From Azolla caroliniana (taxonomy: Eukaryota > Plantae > Polypodiophyta), in NCBI GenBank assembly GCA_043228905.1, contig JBHGNT010000223.1, forward strand, positions 1 to 49,724: a stretch of DNA of 49,724 bases. The letters are read 5' to 3'. The position numbers were made by a program, and so were the translations under genes. Positions 49,141-49,724 of the stretch are shown one piece after another (positions within the stretch are counted from its first letter, which is position 1; every line of letters starts with the position of its first letter). Below the pieces are notes generated by a model. The model did no database searches. It had not been told where the DNA came from and saw only the letters and a program-made list of their open reading frames with translations.

Positions 49141-49516
49141 ACACATGACCCAATCACGTTAGCACATGTCCACATACAACTAACACGATTGGGGCACACT
49201 TGCATATGTGCCCCACTAAGGTCACAAACTTAGAAAAAATAAAAAGAAGTAAAAACGTTTGGCTTGGATTTCAATTGGGTGACATCACCTTTTTCTTTGA
49301 TGCAAGGTGTAGTGCCATCGCATACAACATTCACTTGGCAAATGACTCAGTGAAATCATGATGATTAAAGTGCCGATCTCAATGATCCAACTGAGTACAA
49401 AGACCAACACACTTTATTATTTTGAGTTGGCTCAATTGAGTCTCAAACATTTTCAGAGATTTAGCCTTGGGTACGCTCAATTGGGTCACAAACTTTTTCA
49501 AAGAATTAGCCTTGGG

Positions 49517-49724
49517 TAGGGATCGCTGATGGCTCTGCTAGAGCCTAAGCCGTTTTGCTAAAACGGCTTGGTAGCTCGGCTCGGCTCGAGCCTTGCCAAA
49601 ACGGTTAAGCTGTTTATGATTTAATAATTAGGTTAGACAAATAAAAGCTTAAAAATTCGAAATTAGACAGTTAGAAACTTGAGAAAGAGACGGACTCACT
49701 GAGAGGAAGCCATAGCCATAGCCT
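49517..49724. mobile_element. Possible left end of a hAT-like element running off the window
   Basis: Begins TAGGGAT, followed by clustered GGCTC/GAGCC and AAACGG subterminal motifs. The partner TIR is not visible. Confidence 0.35.

Overview
AT-rich, microsatellite- and TE-dense eukaryotic nuclear DNA. The TE types and an MIKC-like MADS exon point to a land plant, most plausibly a fern or other non-seed plant (inference). Most ORFs in the supplied track are microsatellite artefacts. Two host-gene loci, both on the minus strand and both missed by the ORF track, frame the window. (1) An intact S/P/Q-rich ORF runs from ATG 828 off the left edge (MDRNLHQLLHLHLL...). (2) A disabled first exon at 39567-38941 begins MDRNLKLRLRL and ends in a recognisable MADS-box with a phase-2 GT donor. 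The two loci share the N-terminal MDRNL/LxLxL (EAR-like) peptide, a GAA-rich leader and an identical upstream CACGTG-N4-GTACGG module, so they look like tandem MADS paralogs with long N-terminal extensions. Between and around them lie an old tandem duplication of locus 1's upstream region (about 1.5-6.6 kb vs 7.2-14.7 kb), L1 and RTE/RTEX-like LINE remnants, an inverted pair of same-family Copia elements, two Gypsy elements with unusual 4-bp TSDs (one with animal-type protein motifs), solo LTRs, and hAT and Mutator MITEs with clear TIRs and TSDs. All calls come from manual reading; no database searches were run.
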